64,000 nt of DNA from Macrostomum hystrix. Lineage: Eukaryota; Animalia; Platyhelminthes. A program made the translations under genes and the position numbers. The notes under the pieces were generated by a model, which was given only the letters and a program-made list of their open reading frames with translations, did not search any database and had not been told where the DNA came from. Shown piece by piece: positions 53,601 through 64,000 of the stretch. The first letter of the stretch is position 1. Each line of letters begins with the position of its first letter. The stretch spans positions 8,494,001-8,558,000 of the forward strand of contig CATNEN010000029.1 in the NCBI GenBank assembly GCA_950097015.1, read 5' to 3'.

Positions 53601-56600
53601 TGAGAATTCGAAGCATCATCAGCCTTATTCGCTGCAACTGACGGGGACTTGGATTCAGGACTCGAAGCATTATCAGTCCTGTTCACTGCAGTTGACGGGG
53701 TCGTGGATTCAGGACTCGAAGAATCATCAGCCCTGTTCACTTTAGCTGACGGGGACTTGGATTCAGGACTCGAAGCATTATCAGCCCTGTTCACTGCAGT
53801 TGACGGGGTCGTGGATTCAGGACTCGAAGAATCATCAGCCCTGTTCACTTTAGCTGACGGGGACTTGGATTCAGGACTCGAAGCATTATCAGCCCTGTTC
53901 ACTGCAGTTGACGGGGTCGTGGATTCAGGACTCGAAGAATCATCAGCCCTGTTCACTTTAGCTGACGGGGACTTGGATTCAGGACTCGAAGCATCATCAG
54001 CCCTGTTCACTGCAGTTGACGGGGTCGTGGATTCAGGACTCGAAGCATCATCAGCCCTGTTCACTTTAGCTGACGGAGACTTGGATTCAGGACTCGAAGC
54101 ATCATCAGCCCTGTTCACTGCAGTTGACGGAGTCGTGGATTCAGGACTCGAAGAATCATCAGCCTTATTTACTTTAGCTGACGGAGACTTGGATGCAGGA
54201 GTCGCAATACCATCAGCACTGTTTACTGCAACGAACGGAGACTTGGATTCAACTCCCGAAGCATTATCAGTCCTGTTCACTGCAGCTAACGGAGACTTGG
54301 ATTGAGAATTCGAAGCATCATCAGCCTTATTCGCTGCAACTGACGGGGACTTGGATTCAGGACTCGAAGCATTATCAGTCCTGTTCACTGCAGTTGACGG
54401 AGTCGTGGATTCAGGACTCGAAGCATTATCAGTCCTGTTCACTGCAGTTGACGGAGTCGTGGATTCAGGACTCGAAGCATCATCAGTCCTGTTCACTGCA
54501 GTTGACGGTGTCGTGGATTCAGGACTCGAAGCATCATCAGCCCTGTTCACTGCAGTTGACGGTGTCGTGGATTCAGGACTCGAAGCATCATCAGCCCTGT
54601 TCACTGCAGTTGACGGTGTCGTGGATTCAGGACTCGAAGCATCATCAGCCCTGTTCACTGCAGTTGACGGTGTCGTGGATTCAGGACTCGAAGCATCATC
54701 AGCCCTGTTCACTTTAGCTGACGGAGACGTGGATTCAGGACTCGAAGCATTATCAGCCCTGTTCACTTTAGCTGACGGAGTCGTGGATTCAGGACTCGAA
54801 GCATCATCAGCACTGTTCACTGCAGTTGACGGTGTCGTGGATTCAGGACTCGAAGCATCATCAGCCCTGTTCACTTTAGCTGACGGAGACGTGGATTCAG
54901 GACTCGAAGCATCATCAGCCCTGTTCACTGCAGTTGACGGAGTCGTGGATTCAGGACTCGAAGCATCATCAGCCCTGTTCACTGCAGCTAATGGAGACTT
55001 GGATGCAGGAGTCGCAATACCATCAGCACTGTTTACTGCAACGAACGGAGACTTGGATTCAACTCTCGAAGCATTATCAGTCCTGTTCACTGCAGCTAAC
55101 GGAGACTTGGATTGAGAATTCGAAGCATCATCAGCCTTATTCGCTGCAACTGTCGGGGACTTGGATTCAGGACTCGAAGCATTATCAGCCCTGTTTACTT
55201 TAGCTGACGGAGTCGTGGATTCAGGACTCGAAGCATCATCAATCCTGTTCACTGCAGTTGACGTAGTCGTGGATTCAGGACTCGAAGTATCATCAGCCCT
55301 GTTCACTTTAGCTGACGGAGACATGGATTCAGAACTCGAAGCATCATCAGCCCTGTTCACTTTAGCTGACGGAGACATGGATTCAGAACTCGAAGCATCA
55401 TCAGCCCTGTTCACTTTAGCTGACGGAGACATGGATTCAGAACTCGAAGCATCATCAGCCCTGTTCACTTTAGCTGACGGAGACATGGATTCAGAACTCG
55501 AAGCATCATCAGCCCTGTTCACTTTAGCTGACGGAGACATGGATTCAGAACTCGAAGCATCATCAGCCCTGTTCACTTTAGCTGAAGGTGACTTGGATTC
55601 AGGACTCGAAGCATCATCAGCCTTATTCGCTGCAACTGACGGGGACTTGGATTCAGGACTCGAAGCATTATCAGCCCTGTTCACTTTAGCTGACGGAGTC
55701 GTGGATTCAGGACTCGAAGCATCATCAGCCCTGTTCACTGCAGTTGACGAAGACTTGGATGCAGGAGTCGCAATATCATCAGCCCTGTTCATTGCAACTG
55801 ACGGAGACTTGGATTCAGGACCCGGAGCATCGTAAGTCATGTTCACTGCATTTGACGTAGTGATGGATTCAGAATTCTGAACATCGTAAGTCATGCTCAC
55901 TACAGCTGACGGAGGCTTCGATTCAGAACTCTGAATATCGTCAGTCATGCTCACTACTGCTGGCGGAGACTTGGATTTAGCACACGGAGCGTAGTCAGAG
56001 CTATTCGTAACAGCTGTTGATGTCTTGGAGTCGGCAGCATTTGTGCCTTGCTTCGCTTTAAATAAATATTCGCTTGAAATTGCTCCAATTTGCAAGCCAG
56101 ATTTCTTTTGTACGAAAGAATTTTCGTAATTTGGTGAGAAGCTTGATAAGGCCATTGTTTTCTCAAACTGTTCTGCTTCTTTATAGACAAAATACCCAAT
56201 TCGATCGTCACTTTCAGAAAGCACACGCGGTAAAATTCGAGTCTTCGATTCAGTTCTTTCTCTTTCATCATCAATATGACTTGAACTCCTGCCATCTAGT
56301 TCTAACTCGTCTTCCAAAACATCACAAACATTCAAGTAAGGTTTCAAACCTAGCATTTCTTTTGTAGTTGTCATCAGAGGCAACGGGACAGCAAAATCAG
56401 AACTTGGACTATCTAAAGCGTTACTATTCGCAGGAAGCGGAGCTAAGAACTCAGAGCCTTGACAACGAAAATAGGCATTGGTTACAGGTAAAAAAGGCGA
56501 GAAGCCGTCGTTAGCCAGAGAATCTTTGGTAACATCATTAAATATCAGTAATGAAGCTTTCGTAGTCGGAATGTCTATAGAACCCACAGTCGTAGGCAGC

Positions 56601-59318
56601 GGTTCTGAAGCCTCGGAACTCACAATATCAACAGCTGACAGCGCCTGGGCTTCAAATGGCTGACCATCCAGAGGCTTATCCGTCACGAGTAATACAGCCT
56701 TGTCCTCAAATGTCAAGCACTCTTCAAAATTGGATTTCCCAAGTAACGGAGCCGGGACGTCAAAACTTAAACCTACTACTGCGAAATTTATCACAGGTGC
56801 AAAAGCCTGGAGCTCAGAGCTCTGGACCTGGACCAAAGTACTCGTACTTTCCTTCATGTGTAACAAAGCTTGGGTCTTACCAATTTTGCTAAGCTCTTGC
56901 TCTCTTGGAACATCATTCACAGAAAAATTATTGACCGCAGTGAGCTCTTTGTTTAGCTTCTCTGGAACAACGTACGGAAATACTGTTCTGGATTCAATGA
57001 TTTTTGGAGGCTTCACCATGTCACGACTCGTGGTATTCTCTACTAAATTAGATGTCACAGCAGTGTCCACATGTTTCTCGATATTTTCGAATGCATTAGT
57101 TGTACATTGATCTTCTTGGATGACGTCTGCTAGTGAAGCTTCTGAGATGAGTTCAGATTTACTCTGATAATTATCTTCCTCGTGTCTTGTAAGGATTTCA
57201 AAGTCGTTTCTTTCATCGGAAACTTTCTTTTCGATTGCGGTAGCACAAGTTTCGCCTTCAACCTGTGCCTCATTGGCAGTGCAATTAGTAACCGATTCGC
57301 CAACTTGCAAGCCAAGCGGATTAGATAAAATCTCATCCAGAATTGAAGAGCCTTGGCTACTTAGCTGAGTGCGAAAGCTTGACTGCCCTGCTACGGTCTC
57401 CTTTCTATCAGTTGGTCCCTTACCAATGTGATTCTGAGGTACAGAATAACTTTCAATATCTTCTTCATCAGTTGGTTCCTTGTCAAGATAAGTCTGTGCT
57501 ACATGATCAGTTACTGTCTCTTCTTCACCACTTTGCTCTTTGTCAAAGTGAGTATGTGCTACATGATCAGTTTTAGTATTTTCTTCATCAGTTAGTCGCT
57601 TATCAAGATGATTCGGAAGTACAGAATCGCTTCCGAGTTTTTCGTCATCAGTTGGTTCCATGTCCAAGTCAGTCTGTGCCTCATCACTTCCAATCGGTTC
57701 TTCATTAGTTGGTTTATTGTCAAGGTAAGTCTGTACTAAATAATCGGGTTCAGTCTCTACTTTATCAGTTGGTTCCTTGTCAAGATGAGTCTGTGCTACC
57801 TGATCAGTTTTAGTCTCTTCTTCACCAGTTGTTTCATTCTCAAGGTTAGACTCAAGGGACGTTCCAGTTTCTTCATCATGAGTTAAATGTTCGTCAAGGT
57901 GAGCCTGTTCAAGATTGTCGATCTCGACTCGGGACTTAAGTTTCTCCTCAGTTTTCAGCGTTTCATCCTGGTGGGTGTTAAGGGAAGTAATAAAATGTAA
58001 AGTCTATATTCCCAATCTGGCAACACTAGTTCACGGCCCTAGTTTGTGCTCAGCAGTACTTTCAGAGAGGTGCAAGTAAACTTCACTCACGCGAATGATC
58101 TGAAGAAGGCTCTCAAGCACATCTTCGCCAGAATAATCATTTTCTAAGTCGAATTTACTTCTTGCTATTTGAAAAATTCGGTTGGCCATGGCTTTCAGCT
58201 GAAGTGAAAAGGAGGCTGGGTAAGTTATTAAATGTTTAATAATACGGCCTACGATTTTGATTCAATTCAACCTACCATTGCGGAATACTTAATTGTATTT
58301 TCTGAGTCTGCTGATTCAGTCTTGGCCGATAAATCACCCAGTCTGGCCAAAATCTCATCTCTCTCCTTTGCGGCGGCGGTCAAATTGGTCAGAAATTGGC
58401 GCTGCGTTTCCATGGCAACTGAGTAAGCAAATTCAATCTGAAGTAGGCAGTGGTGTAGCATTGTATTGAGCCCATAATTCAGGGCGAAGAGAAGGCTTGG
58501 GAGCCCAAGACACAGTGAGAGGGTACAGTGCCTGACGATGAGATATAAAGGCAGATGTACAGGTATGTGTGTGTGCCTGCGTACAGTATCTGTGTTCGTG
58601 TGTGCACAATAGCCACTGGAATGGCCGCAATTGCCTCTCGCTGGCTGCGGGTCTGCTGTCACCAAATGATGCGCCAGTGAACACAGCCCTGCTGCAAATT
58701 GTATTACATATTGTATTTAACAACTCACCTTATCTCGAGTTCCCTCCAGCTCAACTGTTAAATCGGCCAAATTTCTCTTGCTGGCCTCAGTAGACTGATC
58801 CTCGTGCTGAACAGTCGAGCTGGCTGCTGGGAAGTCATCTAGCTGCAGGTTGGCCAGCTGCTCGGACAGCAGGCGACACTCGGCCTGCAGCTGCGGCAGC
58901 CTTTCGGCCGTCTCAAAGACTGCCACCTGACGGAAAATAACCCAATAGAAAAGCCGTTCTAAACTGTATCAGAGGATAACACGGCATTCATATGTCGCAC
59001 CTGGTTTCGAAGCTGTTGCAGAGCGCAGTCGCAGTCGGCAACTTCGGCTCTCAGCGTCTCATTGCGACGGAGCAGATCGCCAAGGCCGCGCAGCAGGTCG
59101 GCAGTTGGTCGGTTCGGCGCGGCCACCAGCAGCGGCCCCAGCTGGCGACGCTCGACTGCGATAGGTGCCAGACGCTGCGTCAGATGCTCCAGCCGCCGAT
59201 GTGCCCGACCGGCGCCGCTGAGAAACTCGACGCTTAGTAGCCGCGTTTCGTCTGCAAGCTGGCTAGCTGCTAGCTCCTCTACGACATCCGCACGGGTATA
59301 CAACTGCGCCTCCGACAT
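47609..59318 (-). CDS. Giant (~3,300 aa) protein: N-terminal coiled-coil, then acidic Ser/Pro/Asp-rich tandem repeats; 5' and 3' ends uncertain
   Basis: In-phase exons 59318-59001, 58926-58729, 58437-58276, 58198-58091, 57967-49140 (8,828 nt, stop-free, TCTCA|GTAAGT donor), 49049-48959 and 48917-~48755. Candidate terminal exons 48511-48427, 47838-47772 and 47647-47609. Contains about 60 x 54-nt and 37 x 51-nt coding repeats. Confidence 0.85.
47885..48212. repeat. 20-bp minisatellite (TGAGTCCTCAGTGTGACTCT)n
   Basis: In the intron between candidate exons 48511-48427 and 47838-47772. Confidence 0.93.
48546..48770 (+). mobile_element. SINE family 1, 3'-truncated, antisense to the giant gene
   Basis: GGGGTCAGTGGCAGAGCGGTCAACGCGTTTGCCTCTCGC..GAGCTCGATTCCGCGGCGAGGCC..AAAGTCAGGGCAGATGTACACACCTG. 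Confidence 0.88.
49506..51410 (-). repeat. Coding tandem repeat, 51 nt / 17 aa (DSVRADELKDSGTDEAN), about 37 copies
   Basis: Unit length is a multiple of 3 and there are no frame-breaking indels. Confidence 0.95.
52730..55950 (-). repeat. Coding tandem repeat, 54 nt / 18 aa (SPESTTPSTAVNRADDAS and variants), about 60 copies
   Basis: Unit length is a multiple of 3; sub-blocks of several units are re-duplicated. Confidence 0.95.
58490..58697 (+). mobile_element. SINE family 1, 5'-truncated, in a giant-gene intron
   Basis: GAGAAGGCTTGGGAGC..CAGTGCCTGACGATGAGA..CTGCGTACAGTATCTG..GCTGGCTGCGGGTCT..GTCACCAAATGATG. Confidence 0.8.
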
Positions 59319-60905
59319 GTCGGGCCGCGAGACGGAGCTTGGCGAAGTATTTCTAGCCAAAAACTACTTATTGGCTTATGGCTGATGAAGAACTGCAATG
59401 TATTTGTCTTCAGCATTTCCGGAGTCAAGTCTATATGATACAATTGCTATAACATTTCTTTCGGTGTTCAAAAGGACACCCTTTTAACTATCCTTGGTAG
59501 CTGTAGCTGATCACCTGCCAGATGGTGGGTCGAGGGTTAGCATTACCAGTAGCGCCAGCTCCATTGGAGTAGCTGCACCCACCGACTAGATTCAGACTGA
59601 ATCATCTAAACAGGTGCACCCGAAAGGGCTGAGCCTTACTCTCTTTAGCATTGAGGTAGCTAATGATGTGGACCTTGCAGCCTAATTGCAGCACCTGCAC
59701 CCCAACCAATGGTAAATAGGTAAAAAAATTGCTGCTATTCTTCCCTAGTTGAAGCACAATACAAAATATTCCATACTTAAGAGAAAACACAAGGAAAAGA
59801 CTTAGCCATTTTGTCATAAAATCACTAAAATGCCTTGAGATTGGCTGCTAATATTCTATAGGTCTATGCATATGTGTTTTAGTTATAATACAATAATGAT
59901 TAAAGTAAAGGGAAGCTATGTTTCATACTATAAGCAGACAAGTGTTCTGTTGTCAGAACACTAAAATGTTTAAAATGTGGTATCCATTATTAGTGATTTG
60001 TGATTTTTTTCCTAAAAGTCTCAAAATAATTTAGGCAAAGTTCTGTTCTGAAATGAAACCAACCAAGATATATATACATCCTAAAATTTTTATATAATTT
60101 TTTTCTGAAGCATGAAGTAGAAACTAGGAATATAAAGATTAAAATATTACAGCACTTTAATACTGAATTTACAAAGATAACTTTCTTTAACTCTGCTTTT
60201 CCTAGTGGGATCCCAGCCTTACTATGTCCTTTTTCAAACTTAAAATTTAGGGCTAAAATACTCAGAGTTAGCTAAATTTTATTAGCTACCTAAAGTTAGG
60301 TAGGCCTAGCATAGCTTGCTATTCCTCATCATGCAGACTGCATAATAAATTTTATAAACTAGTTGTTACTTAATATAAAAATGAAATTCCGATTAGACCA
60401 TACACGGCTTTACGTTTTAAAATAAACCATCGTTTTAAATGCGAAATGATGACTAAAATCTTAATAGATTCAGTATTCGTTGTTTCATCTTAAAGATACA
60501 AAACGCTAAATTTCAATTTACAAAACAATAACGATTAAAATTTCCGTGTTTTTAAAACGACATAAGAAGCCACCCTAGCTTAAAACTATTTTATGGCTTT
60601 AGATCCAGACCAAACTAGTGATACCATACCGCTTGACTAAGACCACAATCATCACATGGGGGCCATAGGGGCCATGGGGCCATGGGGGCCAGACTGCTGC
60701 ATTGGATTTGTTCTAAGAAAAGGTGAAGTTTGATTCGGTTCATTTTTACGACATGCAAACAAAAGCAAATCTAAAAAGTTAAAGAAAACCCCGCTAAAAT
60801 GTCTAATCTAAATTTAATCGGAATTATCTATGTATTTGTATTTCTACTCTGCGTGTGAATGGTGCGCTGAAAATTTTTTCTCCTCACTATATACTTCATA
60901 TAGTA

Positions 60906-61827
60906 ACGGGTGTCTCAAAAATGGGGATAAATAAACTGTCAATTGTGACGCTCCCTTTCAACCGGAAATTTTAAAACTTAACATATTCATTTTAAACACT
61001 TAAAGGTGTTTACAAGGGCTATTAAAAAATTAGGCACTGTTTTTTGTTTTATGAAGGCTTCTTAGCCCGACAGTCTTAGAGGAGAGGCAGTTCTGGCAAC
61101 TAAATCATTATAACTCTGAAGACTTTGCGTGTGATTCTAGGGTATGTAAATTTCCCGGAGATGAGCGGCTCAGGATCCTTGAGTTTTTTTACCAAAGTGG
61201 AGAGAGTGTTGTTCGAATTAGTTCGCCAGTTTAACACATGGAGAGCCAGCAAGCCAAAGTCGCTGCATGGAATCCCAATGGTGCTGCAAGCGGACCTCAA
61301 CCCAGTCGACTTTTTTCTCTAGGGTTTCATGCGAGACCGCGTGCAGTGCGAGGGACATTTGGATGCTGCCATCTTGGAGGCGTTCAACTGGACGCGGGAG
61401 AATAGAATGAATGAAGAGAGAGAATAGAATCGGCAAAGGTGAAGTCGTGTATGCGCCTGCTCTCTATCTAGGGTCTCTGTTTTATTACACTATCTTTGAC
61501 ATTGATTATTGGCATTGCAAAACATTGTTTATTGTACCTTTTTTTGTTAGTTTGTTGCATTTGTTTGTTAGTTAGGTCTGTTGAACTCCCACTTTCTCTA
61601 CATGAGCAACTTCTGCTGATTTCTGTGGCAATGCATAGTGCAGCAGCCAAAAAGGACCCCATCTTTTAATAGCCATCGAAATGCATAGCAGCGTCAGTTG
61701 GAGTTAAAACTTCACTGAAAAAAACGTATTAAGTGTTTACCATGAATCTGTTAAGTTCTAGGCTTTTCGGTTGAGAGGGAGCTCCGCAGTTGAGAGTTTA
61801 TTTGGCCCCACTTTTTGAGACACCGAT
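60906..61827 (+). mobile_element. Internally deleted Tc1/mariner-type DNA transposon relic (~920 bp)
   Basis: TA-flanked imperfect terminal inverted repeats (ACGGGTGTCTCAAAAATGGGGATAAATAAACT and AGTTTATTTGGCCCCACTTTTTGAGACACCGAT). Transposase fragments ERLRILEFFYQSGESVV and DLNPVDFFL*GFMRDRV, with stop and frameshift. Confidence 0.85.
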
Positions 61828-62619
61828 TATGTACGAGCTATATGTCCATGTACCATGCGATGCTCAGGACGCTTATTGCATTAGTAATTATATGTACTGC
61901 GACTACTTACTTGACTGAAGTATGACAGCAATACTTTTGTTTTGAATCAATAAAACACCTGGCTTAACTGGAGAGGAACTCTTTAGAGTAGTCGCTATAA
62001 AATCATGCAAATGTTAGCCATATTTTATAAAGTATTTCGCATGAAGCAATCAGTAATTTTTACTAATTTAGACTTACGAAAGATAATTTAGACCACGAAA
62101 TCGAGCTATTTTTGTGTTTCTCGTACTAAGCTACGAGTAATTCCTACAAAAATCACAAAACAATTTCATTTGTCAGAATTAAGTACTAACGATCACTAAC
62201 TAAACGAGTGCCAACTAATGGTGTACTAACGGCAAGGCGTTTGTATTAACTATGTCAATTAATTTTAAAAATTCGCTTTTTCCCTTTTCGCATGTACATG
62301 TTACATGCTGCGTGTGTCTAGAATAATTTGCGAATCACAAAAGCTAACTAGAGATGATTTAATATTCATAGGATATTTTTGTCTACAGAAGAAAAAGTCA
62401 TAGACAAAAGATGGAACTGAAAGTAGCATTCAATTAAGATATTTTGGTTATGCGGGGCAATTACTTTATTTCGTCTATGGATGCGCCGGCTTTGCAATAT
62501 TAAGCAATCAATCGGGTACAGTGTTCCACAGTGCTGAAATTTTTATTGCCGCTTTAGAAGACTAACGCGTTTACTCACACCTGACACAAAACTAAGACCA
62601 ACCGCTGATGCTCTGAGTC

Positions 62620-64000
62620 ATGGCGGATGCTAGCAAAAAGCGATCAAAGAAGAGGACAGTAAACCCGGCCGAGAAGGAAGAAATCGTAAAGAAGAAACTT
62701 ACCGAGTTTTACTCCAACGAGCTTAACAAGGAGCCGGTGCTTAAGAAGTGCTTCAATTCTGAAGCGGCTGTCTTACTTGGTGCCGGCGCTTTCGGTCATG
62801 TATTCCTGGTCACAGCCAAGAAGGACATCACTTTTGATGATCTCGATAACATCACTCTCACCTTAGGCAGGGATGAGAAGCATGAGTTTCTTAACCAAGT
62901 GGAGCCTCTGAGGGCATTAAACAAATCTGAGGTAATTCTGAAGAAAGGCCAGGGTGTGGCTATGAAATGCGAGACTGCATTTCTCTTTCAAGTGGAGAAC
63001 TTTCCTATCACTGCGAAGAACCTACCGGATGCAGATCCCGAAAGGTTTTCAGTATACAAGGAGTACAATACACTAAATGACATATTTTCAAGGTGAGACT
63101 CAGTCGCAATTACTCGTTTTCAATAGGATCCCGGCGTGAAATTTGCAGTATCTATTAAGTCATCAGCTCCATTTGAATTCTTCTATTTAAATCGCTGCTT
63201 GGATGGCTTTTATGATTTCACACAGATTCGGTTACAAAGACACCCGTGGCTTCACAAAGCCGTACGCTTTCGGACGCCTTGGGGACTATTCATATACCCA
63301 CATTGAGAGCTCCAAGAAGACGAAGATGTATGGCTTCCATTTTCTGATCTTGGAAATCTGTGGACCAGATATGGAGGACATGATGGAGATCTGCAGCTAC
63401 AACTGTCGTCAAAATGAGCAGCGTCTTTCAACTCGGTATGCAATGTTTTAACTTAAATAATGCTGCATTTCATAAAAAACTGCATGCACCAACAGCATAA
63501 ATAATAGAAGTAATCAACTAACTTTGCATTACAGACCAGGAAACTAACAAAATTAAAAAAACAACGATCGTTAGTTACTTCGGTTATTGTAGGGTTGTAA
63601 TAAGAAGTAATCAGTTCAATATACGTTTTCTAGAAATTTAGGTGCACGACAAAAAAACTTTGATTTTGAGTTTATATTTACAAGCGCTGCTATTCGCTTC
63701 TTTTTATCTAGGAATATATTTAGCATCGCAAGTGTTGTCTATCTGTGATTTTATCATTAAAATTGCATTCCCTCAGTACGGTCTTCATGGTTGGCGACCA
63801 GTTCTTATCGAGAATACAGTGCATCCAGGACACAGCTCTCGGCCTGACGCACAACGATCTTAAATGCGATCAGCTGATGACAGGCAAGGGAGAGAATGGC
63901 AATACTATCTACCTGATTGACTACGGTCTAGTCTCGAAGTACAAGGAAACGTGGACGTCAACTATGGTGACTCCGCTTGGTAACCGCAGGTGGGCGCCGC
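62620..64000 (+). CDS. Divergent casein kinase 1-family (CK1/TTBK/VRK group) protein kinase; continues beyond the window
   Basis: Exons 62620-63092 (LLGAGAFGHVFLV..VAMKCE), 63226-63435 (FLILEICGPDMEDM) and 63777-end (TVFMVGDQFLSRIQCI..THNDLKCDQLMTGKGENGNTIYLIDYGLVSKY..LGNRRWAP). Phase-2 introns consistent. Confidence 0.85.

Noticed and set aside
49506-55835. Plus-strand ORFs of 174-634 aa antisense to the giant exon
   Set aside because: They are mirror frames of the coding repeats; they end where the repeats end and lack splice support.
57968-58090. U12-type intron, suggested by TTCCCTTAAC near the acceptor
   Set aside because: The donor is GTGAGT (U2-type), not RTATCCTT.

Overview
Eukaryotic (animal) genomic DNA with GC-rich exons, canonical GT-AG introns and many minisatellites. 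The style suggests a free-living flatworm such as Macrostomum; this is an inference, not proven from the sequence. Reconstructed by hand, left to right: the 3' end of an RNase H-bearing non-LTR retrotransposon; TM9SF2 (-, three 1-nt frameshifts, runs off the window start); a CaMKI-like kinase (-); an intronless Cys-rich orphan ORF (-) head-to-head with a RYK/Derailed Wnt-receptor pseudokinase (+); purine nucleoside phosphorylase (-); a secreted CAP-EGF-ShKT protein (-); a 0.9-kb and a 4.6-kb 21-mer satellite; JMJD5/KDM8 (-), which has no start codon of its own; a roughly 3,300-aa acidic repeat protein with an 8.8-kb exon (-); a Tc1/mariner relic; and a divergent CK1-family kinase (+, runs off the window end). 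There are two tRNA-derived SINE families (about 10 and 6 copies) and about 20 unrelated minisatellite arrays, nearly one per long intron. The strongest leads are the ATG-less JMJD5 (start codon possibly supplied by a spliced leader in a dicistronic unit, or a fusion with the giant protein), the giant repeat protein, the Cys-rich orphan, intron inflation by private minisatellites, and inverted SINEs around a stop-free 534-nt PNP exon. There are no prokaryotic features, CRISPR arrays, rRNA genes or intact tRNA genes.
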